From positions 3,008,001 through 3,072,000 of the forward strand of contig OY730476.1 in NCBI GenBank assembly GCA_963422735.1: a stretch of DNA of 64,000 bases, given 5' to 3'. The first letter of the stretch is position 1; the number at the start of each line of letters is the position of its first letter. The notes below the pieces were generated by a model, which saw nothing but the letters and a program-made list of their open reading frames with translations, was not told where the DNA came from and made no database searches. Positions 41,661-51,482 of this stretch are shown one piece after another. Both the position numbers and the translations under genes were made by a program. Source of the stretch: Candidatus Latescibacterota bacterium. Lineage in GTDB: Bacteria > Latescibacterota > UBA2968 > UBA8231.

Positions 41661-42328
41661 TGCGTTCGGTCCCATTCTCCTGTTTGGTTTTTTTGCTCAT
41701 GCTCGTCGCCTTGGGCGCGATTTTTCTGTGGGTACCTACTGAAAAAGAAATGGGAGTTGTCCAGCGAATCTTCTATTTTCACGTGCCGGCGGCGTTTTCT
41801 TCATTTCTGGCCTTTTTTCTCGTATTCGTCGGCAGTGTACAGTATCTGCGCACCCGTGAGGACAAGTGGGATCGCCTAGCACTATGCTCCGCCGAACTGG
41901 GCGTGATCTTTTCGTTGATCGTACTGATCACCGGACCCTTGTGGGCCAAACCCATCTGGGGGGTTTACTGGCGATGGGAGCCGCGCCTAACCTCAATGCT
42001 GATTACTTTCACCATCTATGTAGCCTACCTAATGGTGCGGGGATACGAGTCTCACTCTACCCCAGTACAGCGCATCAGTGCTGTACTGGGCATTCTCGCC
42101 TTCGCCAACGTGCCGTTGGTATATTATGCTGTCGATCTGTGGGCCGCCGGCCAACAGCTACACCCGCCGCGCAACGTAGAACTTGAGCCGACGATGCAAT
42201 ATACCAAGTGGATCTGCTACGTGGCTTTCTTCCTGCTGCTCTTTCGCCTCCTAGCGCAACGCATGGAACTAGCCCGCATTGAAAAAGCTGTGGCACTCCT
42301 GCGGCAAAAACTAATTGACGAAACGTAA
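41657..42328 (+). CDS. ccmC: Heme delivery protein CcmC
   Basis: RIFYFHVP, TGPLWAKPIWGVYWRWEPRLT, LHP. Confidence 0.93.
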   Translation: MMRSVPFSCLVFLLMLVALGAIFLWVPTEKEMGVVQRIFYFHVPAAFSSFLAFFLVFVGSVQYLRTREDKWDRLALCSAELGVIFSLIVLITGPLWAKPIWGVYWRWEPRLTSMLITFTIYVAYLMVRGYESHSTPVQRISAVLGILAFANVPLVYYAVDLWAAGQQLHPPRNVELEPTMQYTKWICYVAFFLLLFRLLAQRMELARIEKAVALLRQKLIDET

Positions 42329-42334
42329 GAGATT

Positions 42335-42496
42335 ATGGACAATCTCCACTACTTGTTTGCCGCCTTTGCGGCCGTGTGGATCGTGCTTTTTGCCTATTTG
42401 GCGCGCCTAAACCGGCGCACCGGGGAACTAGGTCGCCAACTCGCAGAGCTTGAGCTGAAGCTGAAGAACAAAAAGGGCAATTTGCCAAAGGGCTAA
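42335..42496 (+). CDS. ccmD: CcmD-family small membrane protein (53 aa, below ORF-track cutoff)
   Basis: MDNLHYLFAAFAAVWIVLFAYLARLNRR...; directly follows ccmC. Confidence 0.85.
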   Translation: MDNLHYLFAAFAAVWIVLFAYLARLNRRTGELGRQLAELELKLKNKKGNLPKG

Positions 42497-42510
42497 GAGG
42501 CATGAGTTAG

Positions 42511-42540
42511 TTGACACCTGCTTTGAAGTCGTATTATATT
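42511..42540 (+). promoter_or_regulatory. Sigma70-like promoter for DUF151 pair
   Basis: TTGACA-N18-TATATT. Confidence 0.6.
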
Positions 42541-42585
42541 TCACACGTCAATCGGCAATAGCCCACTAAACCGCAGTATACCGCT

Positions 42586-43200
42586 ATGGTTCTGATGGAA
42601 GTCGAGAAGGTCTTAAGCAGCAAATCTCAATCTTTATACCCTGAAGTAGTACTCAAAGAAGTCGAAGGCAACTATTATCTTCACATTGTTATCGGCCGCT
42701 TCGAGGCTGCAGCCATTTCTATGGCCCACAGCAAGCGGCAACCCGTGCGCCCCATCAGCTATGACTTGGCCCATCAGATTCTCGCCAACGTCGACGCTCA
42801 GATAGTCCGGGTCGAAATCACTGACTTTAATTTACGCGAAAGAACGTACTACGCTGAGATTCACCTCGTCGACGACGAGGGTAAGACTCATACACTCGAC
42901 GCACGTCCCAGCGATGCAATTGCCCTAGCCTTGCGCTTTCGTGCGCCAATCTACGCCGCCATCGAGATTCTCAAAGAAGCGGGCTGTGTTCGCTCTGACG
43001 ATGATGAATGGATTACGGCTGACGTTGAGGCCATCGCCAAATCCGTGACCGCACCGCAAGAAGAGCATCCTACCATCGCCGCACCAGCCGTCAATCAGCT
43101 AGAACAACTCAAAAGACGCATGAATCAAGCCATTGCCGAAGAAATCTACGAGGAGGCGGCGCGGCTTCGCGACGAGATTAGTCGTCTCAAACAGGGATGA
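42586..43200 (+). CDS. Bifunctional nuclease (DUF151/BFN) domain protein with UVR coil, paralog 1
   Basis: IGRFEAAAI, RPISYDL, YYA, DARPSDAIALALR, EIYEEAARLRDEI. Confidence 0.9.
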   Translation: MVLMEVEKVLSSKSQSLYPEVVLKEVEGNYYLHIVIGRFEAAAISMAHSKRQPVRPISYDLAHQILANVDAQIVRVEITDFNLRERTYYAEIHLVDDEGKTHTLDARPSDAIALALRFRAPIYAAIEILKEAGCVRSDDDEWITADVEAIAKSVTAPQEEHPTIAAPAVNQLEQLKRRMNQAIAEEIYEEAARLRDEISRLKQG

Positions 43201-43886
43201 TTAAGGGAACTTCCTCTTTAGTCGAGATGACCGTAGTCAAGGTTAGCCCCTATTTGCGCGAGGACAGGCCCTTAGTATGGTTGAGCGAGAAGAATGGGAA
43301 ACTCCCACGGCTCCTGCCCATTCCGATTGGAGAATTTGAAGCAGCCGCCATTCAGATGCGGCTAGAAAACGATGGGCCTATACGCCCGATTTCCTACGAC
43401 TTGCTCTCTTCTATGGTCAACAACCTTGCGATACGTATGCGCCAAGTTGTCATTCACAACGTGCGCCGCTCAATTTACTACGCGAGGGTCGTCATTGAGA
43501 AGAATCACACAATAAAAGACATTGACGCACGTCCCAGCGACGCAATCGCTTTGGCCTTGCGCACTGATTCGCCTATCTACGTTTCTCAAACGTTGCTTGA
43601 CGAGGTGGGCTTGGAGCCTTTGGAGACCGACTTGGACGTTGAACACATACTGAATCGCTTCTACGAGTTTGAGGCGCAGATTTCTAAACCGCTCAATACG
43701 GCCAACATCCGTCCACCGAAGCGGAACGCCGAAGAGGCCGAAGCTCAACTGCCCTCCAAAGAAGAGAAAGACGAACTCGGCCTGCTTCAGCACCAGCTAC
43801 AGCAGGCCGTTATCTGCGAAGAATACGAAGAAGCTGCCCGGCTACGCGACGCCATCGAATTGCTCGTTAATAAAGCCAAGCACTGA
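43197..43886 (+). CDS. Bifunctional nuclease (DUF151/BFN) domain protein with UVR coil, paralog 2
   Basis: LPIPIGEFEAAAI, RPISYDL, DARPSDAIALALR, EEYEEAARLRD. Confidence 0.9.
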   Translation: MIKGTSSLVEMTVVKVSPYLREDRPLVWLSEKNGKLPRLLPIPIGEFEAAAIQMRLENDGPIRPISYDLLSSMVNNLAIRMRQVVIHNVRRSIYYARVVIEKNHTIKDIDARPSDAIALALRTDSPIYVSQTLLDEVGLEPLETDLDVEHILNRFYEFEAQISKPLNTANIRPPKRNAEEAEAQLPSKEEKDELGLLQHQLQQAVICEEYEEAARLRDAIELLVNKAKH

Positions 43887-43908
43887 AGTCTAATCTGGGT
43901 GGACGCAG

Positions 43909-44403
43909 ATGAAGTTGCTTAAGATACTGAGCCGTGCGCTGCACACTATGGCCCTACAACCCTTCCTTTGCCTCGCCCTTTTCATTCTTCACGGCTGCCA
44001 TAGCGAAGAAGCAGATCAACGCTTCGCCCATCCGGCCCAGACCTTCCAGACCTATAAGTACGCGCTAGAAAACAGCGACTTTGACCTGCTTTGGGAATGT
44101 TTCAATTCTTCGCAAATGGAGGGAGAAGATCGTCAGAGCTTTGTCGAACGATGGCGGCAAAAGACGCCAGCCGAGATAAAGGCTCACCTGCGGCGAGAAA
44201 TCGCCGAAGAGCGCATCATCAACGAGCGCATAGGTTACTTACTCTTCGATTCTTCTACGCTAAGCGATGAGCGCGCTTCGCCATTTTTTTATTTTCTTCG
44301 CGATTCGAGTGGTTGGAGAATCACTTCTCACCTAGACAGCACCTTCCACCAAGAGTTAGAGCAAGCCATTGAGCGCGGCGAGTATAAATTACCCGATTTC
44401 TAG
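43909..44403 (+). CDS. Hypothetical lipoprotein
   Basis: Lipobox LHGC; start 43909 or 43948. Confidence 0.65.
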   Translation: MKLLKILSRALHTMALQPFLCLALFILHGCHSEEADQRFAHPAQTFQTYKYALENSDFDLLWECFNSSQMEGEDRQSFVERWRQKTPAEIKAHLRREIAEERIINERIGYLLFDSSTLSDERASPFFYFLRDSSGWRITSHLDSTFHQELEQAIERGEYKLPDF

Positions 44404-44978
44404 CCTCTTCCCTCCCAACTGGGAGGCTCTAAGTTCCAAGTCCCGATTATGCCCATTATCATATCCCACTGTTTGTCGTCCATCGCCTCTACTAGAGCGA
44501 GGAGGCGCAGCACATCGCGTTCCTTCTGTTTCTTGCGCGCTTGGGCAACTGCCTCTAACCACGGTTGATCCCCGAGCAGAGCCAAGATTTCTGGATTAGA
44601 GAGCACTCCCAAGAGGGCCGGATCCAAAGGATCTTCGCTAGACAGGAGCTTATTAATCACTGGGTCCAACAGCGAGCGCATCATCTTGCCATAGAGAGCG
44701 CGTCCTTCCTCCGAACCCGCCTTAGCCTCATAAGCAGCAATCAACACTCTGTTAGAGTCGAGTTCCAATACCTCGGCCAACTTGATACATACTTCGTCGG
44801 AAGGAACCTTCTCCGCCCTCTCAATTTGTCCTATATAGGTTGCCCATACGCCCTTAGGCCTTCGCGCTGTCACGAGTTGCTCGGCCAATCCTTGCTGACT
44901 CAGGTGGGCTTGTAGCCGGGCCTCCTTGATCATTTCTGCAAACTGCATTCGCGGTTCCTCTGAAGTATTTTCAACCAT
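44400..44978 (-). CDS. XRE-family HTH transcriptional regulator
   Basis: IKEARLQAHLSQQGLAE...YIGQIER.EKVPS..V..KLAEVL; start uncertain (44990/44978/44948). Confidence 0.85.
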   Translation of the reverse strand: MVENTSEEPRMQFAEMIKEARLQAHLSQQGLAEQLVTARRPKGVWATYIGQIERAEKVPSDEVCIKLAEVLELDSNRVLIAAYEAKAGSEEGRALYGKMMRSLLDPVINKLLSSEDPLDPALLGVLSNPEILALLGDQPWLEAVAQARKKQKERDVLRLLALVEAMDDKQWDMIMGIIGTWNLEPPSWEGRG

Positions 44979-45006
44979 CTTCTCCGTCATCTTCTCCGTT
45001 AAAATA

Positions 45007-45028
45007 TGCACACACCAGTAAGTGTGCA
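45007..45028. promoter_or_regulatory. Palindromic operator TGCACAC-N8-GTGTGCA
   Basis: Perfect 7-8-7 inverted repeat just upstream of the XRE gene; core repeated at 45073-45088. Confidence 0.65.
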
Positions 45029-45066
45029 AGGCTCCGCTTTGGTTTTCTACGCACATGTTTTTCTAC

Positions 45067-45095
45067 TTGACAACACAATCTAGCGTGTGTATGTT
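45067..45095 (+). promoter_or_regulatory. Sigma70-like promoter with embedded ACAC-N8-GTGT operator
   Basis: TTGACA-N17-TATGTT; ACAC(45073)-N8-GTGT(45088) in the spacer. Confidence 0.65.
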
Positions 45096-45101
45096 TATTT
45101 C

Positions 45102-45300
45102 TAAATAGAGTGTGGCGGTCCGCTAGCGTGGCCAAAGTCCTGATCCGCGAAGCTCGGATTTCCCTTTTCGGGTCGTTGGGATCTTCAAAACTACCTCCCC
45201 ACACCGCCTCGTTTGAGGATCTCACTTGCGTTTCAAGATCACACCATCTGGCCGCCACACTCTTTAATAAGCAGCCCATTTTTAGATGGGCTGCTTTTTT
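45102..45300 (+). ncRNA. Candidate structured small RNA (family not recognised)
   Basis: 14-bp closing stem 45107-45120/45250-45263; 13-bp stem 45177-45189/45212-45224 with 22-nt C-rich loop; flanked by promoter and terminator. Confidence 0.65.
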
Positions 45301-45308
45301 ATTTTATT
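45269..45308 (+). terminator. Intrinsic terminator
   Basis: AAGCAGCCCAT-ttttag-ATGGGCTGCTT followed by TTTTATTTTATT. Confidence 0.8.
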
Positions 45309-45341
45309 CTTTACACCGATTCCTTTACACACCTACACACC

Positions 45342-46457
45342 ATGCGTATTTGTATGGTCGCCTTCACCGACCTGAATTTCGACTATCGCATCTACCGAGA
45401 GGCCACTTCGCTGCGTCGTGCTGGTCACCAAGTCGTCATTGTCGCCGCCTCGTTCAATCTAGCACCTCTCAAGGGATGGGACGATTTTGAAATCTATCCA
45501 ATTCCGCTAGATCGAAGCCGCTCACTGCGCCGCCTCTATCCTTTATTTTGGCAACAAGCCTATCCACTGCTAGTCGATACCCATCCGGATGCCTATCACG
45601 CCCACGATCTAGACTCGCTCTGGCCAGCAGTGCGAGCTGCACAGCGACTAGGTCTGCCCATCGTCTACGACTCGCACGAATTTTGGACCGAACAATCCTC
45701 ACTGGTCAACCGGCCACTGATGCGGTCCTGCTGGAGTTTGCTGGAACGGCGGCTGATAAGACGGGTAGATCGCGTCATAACCGTCAGCGGGTCTATCGCC
45801 CAATCACTTAAGGAGCGTTACCGTCTCGACGAGGTTGTTGTTCTGCGCAATTTGCCGCTATTCCGCCATAAGGTCCAAAGCAACCTGATACGCGAAACGC
45901 TGGCCCTGCCCGATGATTGCCCTATTGTGCTCTACCAAGGAGGATTCCTCACCGAAAATGGCTTGCGCGAGCAAATTGAGGCCGCTGCTGGGTTTGCCGC
46001 CGCCCTAGTTCTGATTGGGGATGGACCTAGCGAACAGGCCCTGCAGAACCAAGTCCGCGCTGCCGGGCTAGACGATCGGGTCTATTTTATTCCCCGGATG
46101 CCCTTTCACCAGCTTCACAATTATACTTGCTCGGCCGACTTAGGGTTGTGTCTGATCAAAGGCACGGGTAAGAGCTTCTATTACTCTCTGCCCAACAAGC
46201 TCTTTGAGTATATGATGGCTGGGCTACCGGTCCTAGCCAGCAACTTTCCTGAAATGCAACGCATCGTCCGCGAAACGCGTGCCGGAGCTACGGTCGATCC
46301 AACCGATATAGCTGCCATTCGAGAGCAGATCACCGCTTTTTTGGACAATGCAGAGCTGCGAGAGGCCTGTGCCAAGGCAAGTCTGCAAGCGGCACAACAC
46401 TATAACTGGGAACGGGAAGCCGCCCAACTCACCCAGCTTTACGCAACCCTAGCATGA
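45342..46457 (+). CDS. Glycosyltransferase family 4
   Basis: D.RIYREA.SL, HAHDL, VYDSHE, SLPNKLFEYMMAGLPV. Confidence 0.92.
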   Translation: MRICMVAFTDLNFDYRIYREATSLRRAGHQVVIVAASFNLAPLKGWDDFEIYPIPLDRSRSLRRLYPLFWQQAYPLLVDTHPDAYHAHDLDSLWPAVRAAQRLGLPIVYDSHEFWTEQSSLVNRPLMRSCWSLLERRLIRRVDRVITVSGSIAQSLKERYRLDEVVVLRNLPLFRHKVQSNLIRETLALPDDCPIVLYQGGFLTENGLREQIEAAAGFAAALVLIGDGPSEQALQNQVRAAGLDDRVYFIPRMPFHQLHNYTCSADLGLCLIKGTGKSFYYSLPNKLFEYMMAGLPVLASNFPEMQRIVRETRAGATVDPTDIAAIREQITAFLDNAELREACAKASLQAAQHYNWEREAAQLTQLYATLA

Positions 46458-47395
46458 GTGCCACGCTGACGCTCAGCGTCGTAATGCCTACCTATGACGA
46501 GCCTGAGCGCCTCGAAGCAGCACTTAAGAGCTTATCGCAGCAAGATTATCCCCATGAGGCGATCCAAATCATCGTGGTGGACGACGCCTCCCCCCACTTG
46601 GACGCCGAACGATTGCATGCGGCGGTTGCGCCTTTACAGTTGCGGCTGCTTCGCAACGAACGGAATCAGGGACGCGCTCGGGCGCGCAATGCAGCACTTC
46701 GGGTCGCCAGCGGCGATCTCGTCGTCTTTCTCGACAGCGACATGACCGTCGGCACGAACTTTCTCCGCGCCCATGCCCAACAGCATCAAAACCACGCGGA
46801 AGCCATTTTTATCGGCAACATTCGCTTTGCCAGTGAAATTCCCACCACATCCTTGACCCGCTATCTCGAAGGGAGAGGAGTCCACAGGATCAACGCGGAT
46901 AAGTCCATACCTTTCAAGTGCTTCGTCACCGGCAACTCCTCGGTTCGCCGATCGTCCCTGCTCCGCGTGGGTTTTTTCGACGAGGCTCTCACTGCTTATG
47001 GCGGTGAGGACCTAGAATTGGGGTACCGCCTCCATTTGGCGGGTATTCCGCTTTACTACGCCCCTGAAGCCCTGTCCTATCACTATCACTTGCGTTCATT
47101 GGAGCCGCTTTGTCGTCTGATGCAAACCTATGGTAGCAAGTCAATCCCCATCCTTTTAAACAGGCATCCCGAACTTGACGCCGTACTCCGACTAGATTTT
47201 ATCAGGGCCGGTACATTTTCTCCTCGGCGGCTCGCGCTCCAGCTAGCTCTGTTGTCGCCGATTCACTATCCAATCTACTGGTTGGCCCGCTGGCTTGTGA
47301 AAACCCATGTTCCGGGTCTAGTCTTTAGTTATTTGTTCTGGTCTAGCCGCACTCGAGGTTATCTAAAGGCCATTGCTCATTCAAAGGCGTCTTGA
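46454..47395 (+). CDS. Glycosyltransferase family 2
   Basis: SVVMPTY, IIVVDDAS, NQGRARARN, VFLDSD, YGGEDLELGYR. Confidence 0.92.
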   Translation: MSATLTLSVVMPTYDEPERLEAALKSLSQQDYPHEAIQIIVVDDASPHLDAERLHAAVAPLQLRLLRNERNQGRARARNAALRVASGDLVVFLDSDMTVGTNFLRAHAQQHQNHAEAIFIGNIRFASEIPTTSLTRYLEGRGVHRINADKSIPFKCFVTGNSSVRRSSLLRVGFFDEALTAYGGEDLELGYRLHLAGIPLYYAPEALSYHYHLRSLEPLCRLMQTYGSKSIPILLNRHPELDAVLRLDFIRAGTFSPRRLALQLALLSPIHYPIYWLARWLVKTHVPGLVFSYLFWSSRTRGYLKAIAHSKAS

Positions 47396-47476
47396 CTACC
47401 CAGTAGCCTCTCTAAAAGAATAACCACAGAATAACCACTTAAATTACATACAAATGCCGGAGAAATCCCACGCCTT

Positions 47477-48313
47477 ATGTATGATCACTATCCCAGATTC
47501 TCCCAGATTCTCCGTGTAACCCTACCTGCTCTCCTGCTAGCCCACTTCGTGGTTTGGCCCATCGTTGACCACCTCTTATCCTTACATGCTGGTATTATTG
47601 CCGCCGAATGTACCATTCTGTGGTTTGTAGCCCTTTATATCCGCCGTCATCACCTAATCGCCGAAGACCTGCTTCTGTTAAACGCCACGCCAGTTACGAC
47701 TCTGTTGCTGACAATCCCTATGACTATCTGCTGTAGCCTCTTAGTCGCCGAATTCGACTTGTATCTGGCCTGTCTTCTCGACCAGATAGGTCTATCTATG
47801 CCGCTGCCCTTTCATAAGAACCTGCTGGAGGTTCAGATTCTCCGCGGACTTACGGAGGTACCGAAGGGACTGGTAACGCTAGTGCTAGCACCTGTATTTT
47901 GCGAAGAGCCTCTCTTCCGCGGACTTGTATTCACTAGTCTTTACGCCCATTATGGGCCGCGCTGGGCACTAGGTGGCTCGGCCCTACTCTTCGCCATTTC
48001 GCACTTCAACCCTTGGCAACTGATCCCCCTCTTCCTTTTTGGACTCTTCCTCGGCACTTTAGTCTACTGGACTCACAGCATATATCCCGCCATGCTTGCA
48101 CACGCGATCAACAACTTGGCTTCAATAACTGGGGTCAACTTGCACACGCACTTAGGCATAGATGGCATAGGCCCCTCCCAACATCTCCCCATGCCCTTGG
48201 CCTTGCTCGCCGGCCTAGTCCTGCTTGCTGGCCTCCTGCTTCTTAGCCGCCAATCCGCCATTATGCCGCTGCTGACTAGGAGGGAATTCTATCCGCCTGT
48301 ATGCCGCTGCTGA
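47477..48313 (+). CDS. CPBP (CAAX/Abi) intramembrane metalloprotease
   Basis: APVFCEEPLFRG, FAISH, HAINN. Confidence 0.88.
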   Translation: MYDHYPRFSQILRVTLPALLLAHFVVWPIVDHLLSLHAGIIAAECTILWFVALYIRRHHLIAEDLLLLNATPVTTLLLTIPMTICCSLLVAEFDLYLACLLDQIGLSMPLPFHKNLLEVQILRGLTEVPKGLVTLVLAPVFCEEPLFRGLVFTSLYAHYGPRWALGGSALLFAISHFNPWQLIPLFLFGLFLGTLVYWTHSIYPAMLAHAINNLASITGVNLHTHLGIDGIGPSQHLPMPLALLAGLVLLAGLLLLSRQSAIMPLLTRREFYPPVCRC

Positions 48314-48337
48314 CTAGGAGGGAATTCTATCCGCCTG
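48262..48337. repeat. Perfect 38-bp tandem duplication
   Basis: TATGCCGCTGCTGACTAGGAGGGAATTCTATCCGCCTG x2. Confidence 0.95.
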
Positions 48338-48385
48338 ATTATAGTTGAATGGTTAGTGGCATTTTACGTGGAAAAACGTGCCCAA

Positions 48386-49255
48386 TCAGCTCAGCACCTT
48401 CTCTACCGTTTCCCCAATTTCTGCAGGACTCTCACAGATGTGAATCCCTGCTTTCTGCATCGCCGCCATCTTGTCCTCGGCCGTCCCCTTACCACCTGAA
48501 ACAATAGCTCCTGCATGTCCCATCCGCCGCCCCGGAGGTGCCGTGCGTCCCGCAATAAATCCAATGGCAGGCTTATCGTAGCATTCTTTAATATAGGCAG
48601 CCGCTTCTTCTTCAGCCGTGCCGCCGATTTCGCCGATTATCACCACCGCATCGGTCTCGGGATCATCTCTGAAGAGTGCCAGCGCGTCCACAAAACGCGT
48701 ACCGATGATTGGGTCTCCGCCAATGCCGATGGCTGTGGACTGGCCTAGGCCCCGTTCAGTAAGCTGACCCACAGCTTCATAGGTCAACGTTCCACTGCGA
48801 GAGATAATACCCACGCGACCTGGGTGGTGAATAAAGTCGGGCATAATGCCGATCTTGCACTTCCCTGGCGAGATGACACCGGGGCAATTAGGCCCGATCA
48901 GCCGAGTAGAGCGCGCCTGTACATAATGGTAGGCTTTAACCATGTCGCTTACGGGAATATTTTCGCTGATACAGATGACTAGCTCGAGACCGGCATCGGC
49001 CGCTTCCATGATCGCGTCGGCGGCAAAGGGGGCTGGCACAAAGATGATCGAAGCATTGGCACCGGAGGCCTTGACGCCTTCGGCGACCGTATTAAACACC
49101 GGAATGCCTTCAAATTCTTGGCCACCTTTGCCAGGCGTTGCTCCTCCGACCACTTTCGTGCCGTACTCCAGCATTTGTCGAGTGTGAAAAGATCCCTCGG
49201 ACCCAGTAATTGCCTGTACAAAGACCTTGGTGTTTTCGTCAATTAAAACGCTCAT
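48386..49255 (-). CDS. sucD: Succinyl-CoA synthetase alpha subunit
   Basis: [31 protein letters not shown]. Confidence 0.98.
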   Translation of the reverse strand: MSVLIDENTKVFVQAITGSEGSFHTRQMLEYGTKVVGGATPGKGGQEFEGIPVFNTVAEGVKASGANASIIFVPAPFAADAIMEAADAGLELVICISENIPVSDMVKAYHYVQARSTRLIGPNCPGVISPGKCKIGIMPDFIHHPGRVGIISRSGTLTYEAVGQLTERGLGQSTAIGIGGDPIIGTRFVDALALFRDDPETDAVVIIGEIGGTAEEEAAAYIKECYDKPAIGFIAGRTAPPGRRMGHAGAIVSGGKGTAEDKMAAMQKAGIHICESPAEIGETVEKVLS

Positions 49256-49268
49256 CCCTGTATTCCTC

Positions 49269-50432
49269 TTATCGAATAGTCGCCTTGACCATCTCCGCCG
49301 CGTCTTTCAGCCTGTGCCCAACGGCAAAGTCCATGTCGGAACTTTCCAGCATCTCGGCGGCCATATCCGCGTTGGTCCCAGCCAGTCTCACGACGATCGG
49401 CACATTGACTTCGATATTTTTGCGCGCCTCAATCACGCCTGCGGCCACGCGATCGCAGCGCACAATACCTCCGAAGACATTGATGAGTATGGCCTTTACA
49501 TTTGGGTCGGAAAGCAAAATTCGGAAGCCATTTTCCACGGTCTCAGCACTGGCCCCCCCGCCTACGTCCAGAAAATTGGCTGGCTCAGCACCGGAGAGCT
49601 TGATGATGTCCATAGTGGCCATCGCCAGTCCGGCACCGTTGACCATACAACCGATATTGCCGTCGAGCTTGATGTAGTTTAGGCCGTATTTGGCTGCTTC
49701 GACCTCCAGCTCCTCCTCTTCATCCAGATCGTGCATTTCCGCTAAGTCGGGGTGGCGGAAGAGTGCGTTGTCGTCTATGTCTATTTTGGCATCCAGAGCC
49801 AAGAGCTGTCCACCAGCGGTCGCCACCAAGGGATTGATCTCGACCAGCGAGCAGTCGGCATCGACATAGGCTTTGTAGAGACGAAGGATAAAATCGACGG
49901 CTTGGCGAACCTGCTTACCCTCAAAACCAAGCCCAAATGCCAAGCGCGTCGCTTGGAACGCCTGTAGCCCCACTCCTGGATCAACCGTTTCCCTAAGAAT
50001 TTTCTCTGGGGTCGCAGCGGCGACCGCCTCAATCTCAACTCCGCCCTCTTGGCTGGCCATGACTACTGGCTTGCTCTGGGCCCGGTCGAGAGTGATGCCC
50101 AGATAAAACTCGCGTTCTATATCCGAGGCGCTCTCCACTAGGATTTGCTTGACCTTTTGGCCTTCAGGGCCAGTCTGGTGGGTAACAAGCTGCATGCCGA
50201 GAATTTCGCTGGCCGTTCGGCGAGCCTCTTCGGGGTTAGCGGCCAGTTTGACGCCTCCGCCCTTGCCTCGACCTCCAGCGTGGATTTGGGCCTTAATTAC
50301 GACCCTTCCCCCCAATTCGGCGGCCACGCGTTCAGCTTGGTTCGCTGTCGTGGTCACGGAGCCGCTCGGTACGGCCACTTGGTACTGGCGCAAAATTTTT
50401 TTGGCTTGATATTCGTGAATTTTCATGGGCAT
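49269..50432 (-). CDS. sucC: Succinyl-CoA synthetase beta subunit
   Basis: [43 protein letters not shown]. Confidence 0.98.
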   Translation of the reverse strand: MPMKIHEYQAKKILRQYQVAVPSGSVTTTANQAERVAAELGGRVVIKAQIHAGGRGKGGGVKLAANPEEARRTASEILGMQLVTHQTGPEGQKVKQILVESASDIEREFYLGITLDRAQSKPVVMASQEGGVEIEAVAAATPEKILRETVDPGVGLQAFQATRLAFGLGFEGKQVRQAVDFILRLYKAYVDADCSLVEINPLVATAGGQLLALDAKIDIDDNALFRHPDLAEMHDLDEEEELEVEAAKYGLNYIKLDGNIGCMVNGAGLAMATMDIIKLSGAEPANFLDVGGGASAETVENGFRILLSDPNVKAILINVFGGIVRCDRVAAGVIEARKNIEVNVPIVVRLAGTNADMAAEMLESSDMDFAVGHRLKDAAEMVKATIR

Positions 50433-50588
50433 TATCTTCTATTCGGTGGAAGGTAAAAGAGTACAAAAATCCCTCTCTACCAGCAAGGCACCCTAGGGGA
50501 CGGCGAGCGCACGTGTCAAGAGGACTGCCGATCGTTGGAAAAGTCCCGTACTATTCAGCCAGCTCCAAAGACCCCGAGGAGGTGGATC

Positions 50589-51321
50589 GTGAAAATCTTG
50601 TTAGTCGGCAGGGCCGGCCACATCGGCACCTGCACTACTCCCTACCTTAAACGCCATCACGATCTGCGCGTGTTGGACCTAGCCAAGCCGCGGCATGAGA
50701 TAGAATACATCGCAGGCTCTATCGCCGACCCGGAGGCCCTCGCCTGTGCCCTAGACGGAGTGGATGCCTTCATCCCAAGGCGGCCTCGACAGCGACCAAA
50801 ACGAGGCCCAGATCGTCAATAATTACACGATCAACTGTCTGGGACTACACCTGCTCCTGTACACGGCTTGGAGGCTCGGTATCAAAAGAGGCCTCCACAC
50901 CTCGACCATGAGCGCCCACTACCGCGCCCGCTCCTATTACCCGTCCGAGGAGGAGGTACCGCTCGATGGCCCCAATGTGTACGGCTTAACTAAGGGGCTA
51001 GCCGAAGGCATTTGCCGCTACTTCGCCCGCCAATTTGATGTGAACTTGGCGGTCCTGCGCATTACCGGCCCGTGCGCCCGGGAGCAATTACTAGAACGAG
51101 CCAAAAACCCACCACACTATCCCCCTAGTAGCCTTTATTTAATCGACGAGGAAGATTTAGCTATGGCCTATCTAGCCGCTTTAGACTATGTATGCACAGG
51201 CCATGGCCGCTGCGACGTCTTCTTCATATCGGGCGACGCCGATCACCGCGAGATGAACATGTCCAAAGCACGAGCGGTCTTGGACTGGGAGCCTAAATCG
51301 CACCTGATGCTGGAGAAGTGA
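50589..51321 (+). pseudogene. Frameshifted NAD-dependent epimerase/dehydratase
   Basis: GTG start with RBS GAGGAGG, KILLVGRAGHIG in one frame; YGLTK and C-terminal half in another; shift near 50775. Confidence 0.8.
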
Positions 51322-51404
51322 AAATTCTAAGCGGATAATATGTGCCTGATGACTGCAAGCTCCACGAGGTCTGCCGGAGTCTCCAATCACCTAGACACAA
51401 AGTT

Positions 51405-51436
51405 AAAAAACAGGCCCACCAGAATGGTTGGGCCTG
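51405..51436 (-). terminator. Intrinsic terminator after rpmA
   Basis: Minus strand CAGGCCCA...TGGGCCTG-TTTTTT. Confidence 0.75.
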
Positions 51437-51482
51437 CCTCAATATCTATGATTTTCGCGTTGTGATTTATTAACGTACCTTC

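Noticed and set aside
45110-45490. 126-aa ORF, and the 45213 upstream extension of the GT4 gene, across the candidate RNA
   Set aside because: Runs through the terminator and overlaps the glycosyltransferase; the real GT4 start is MRICMV at 45342
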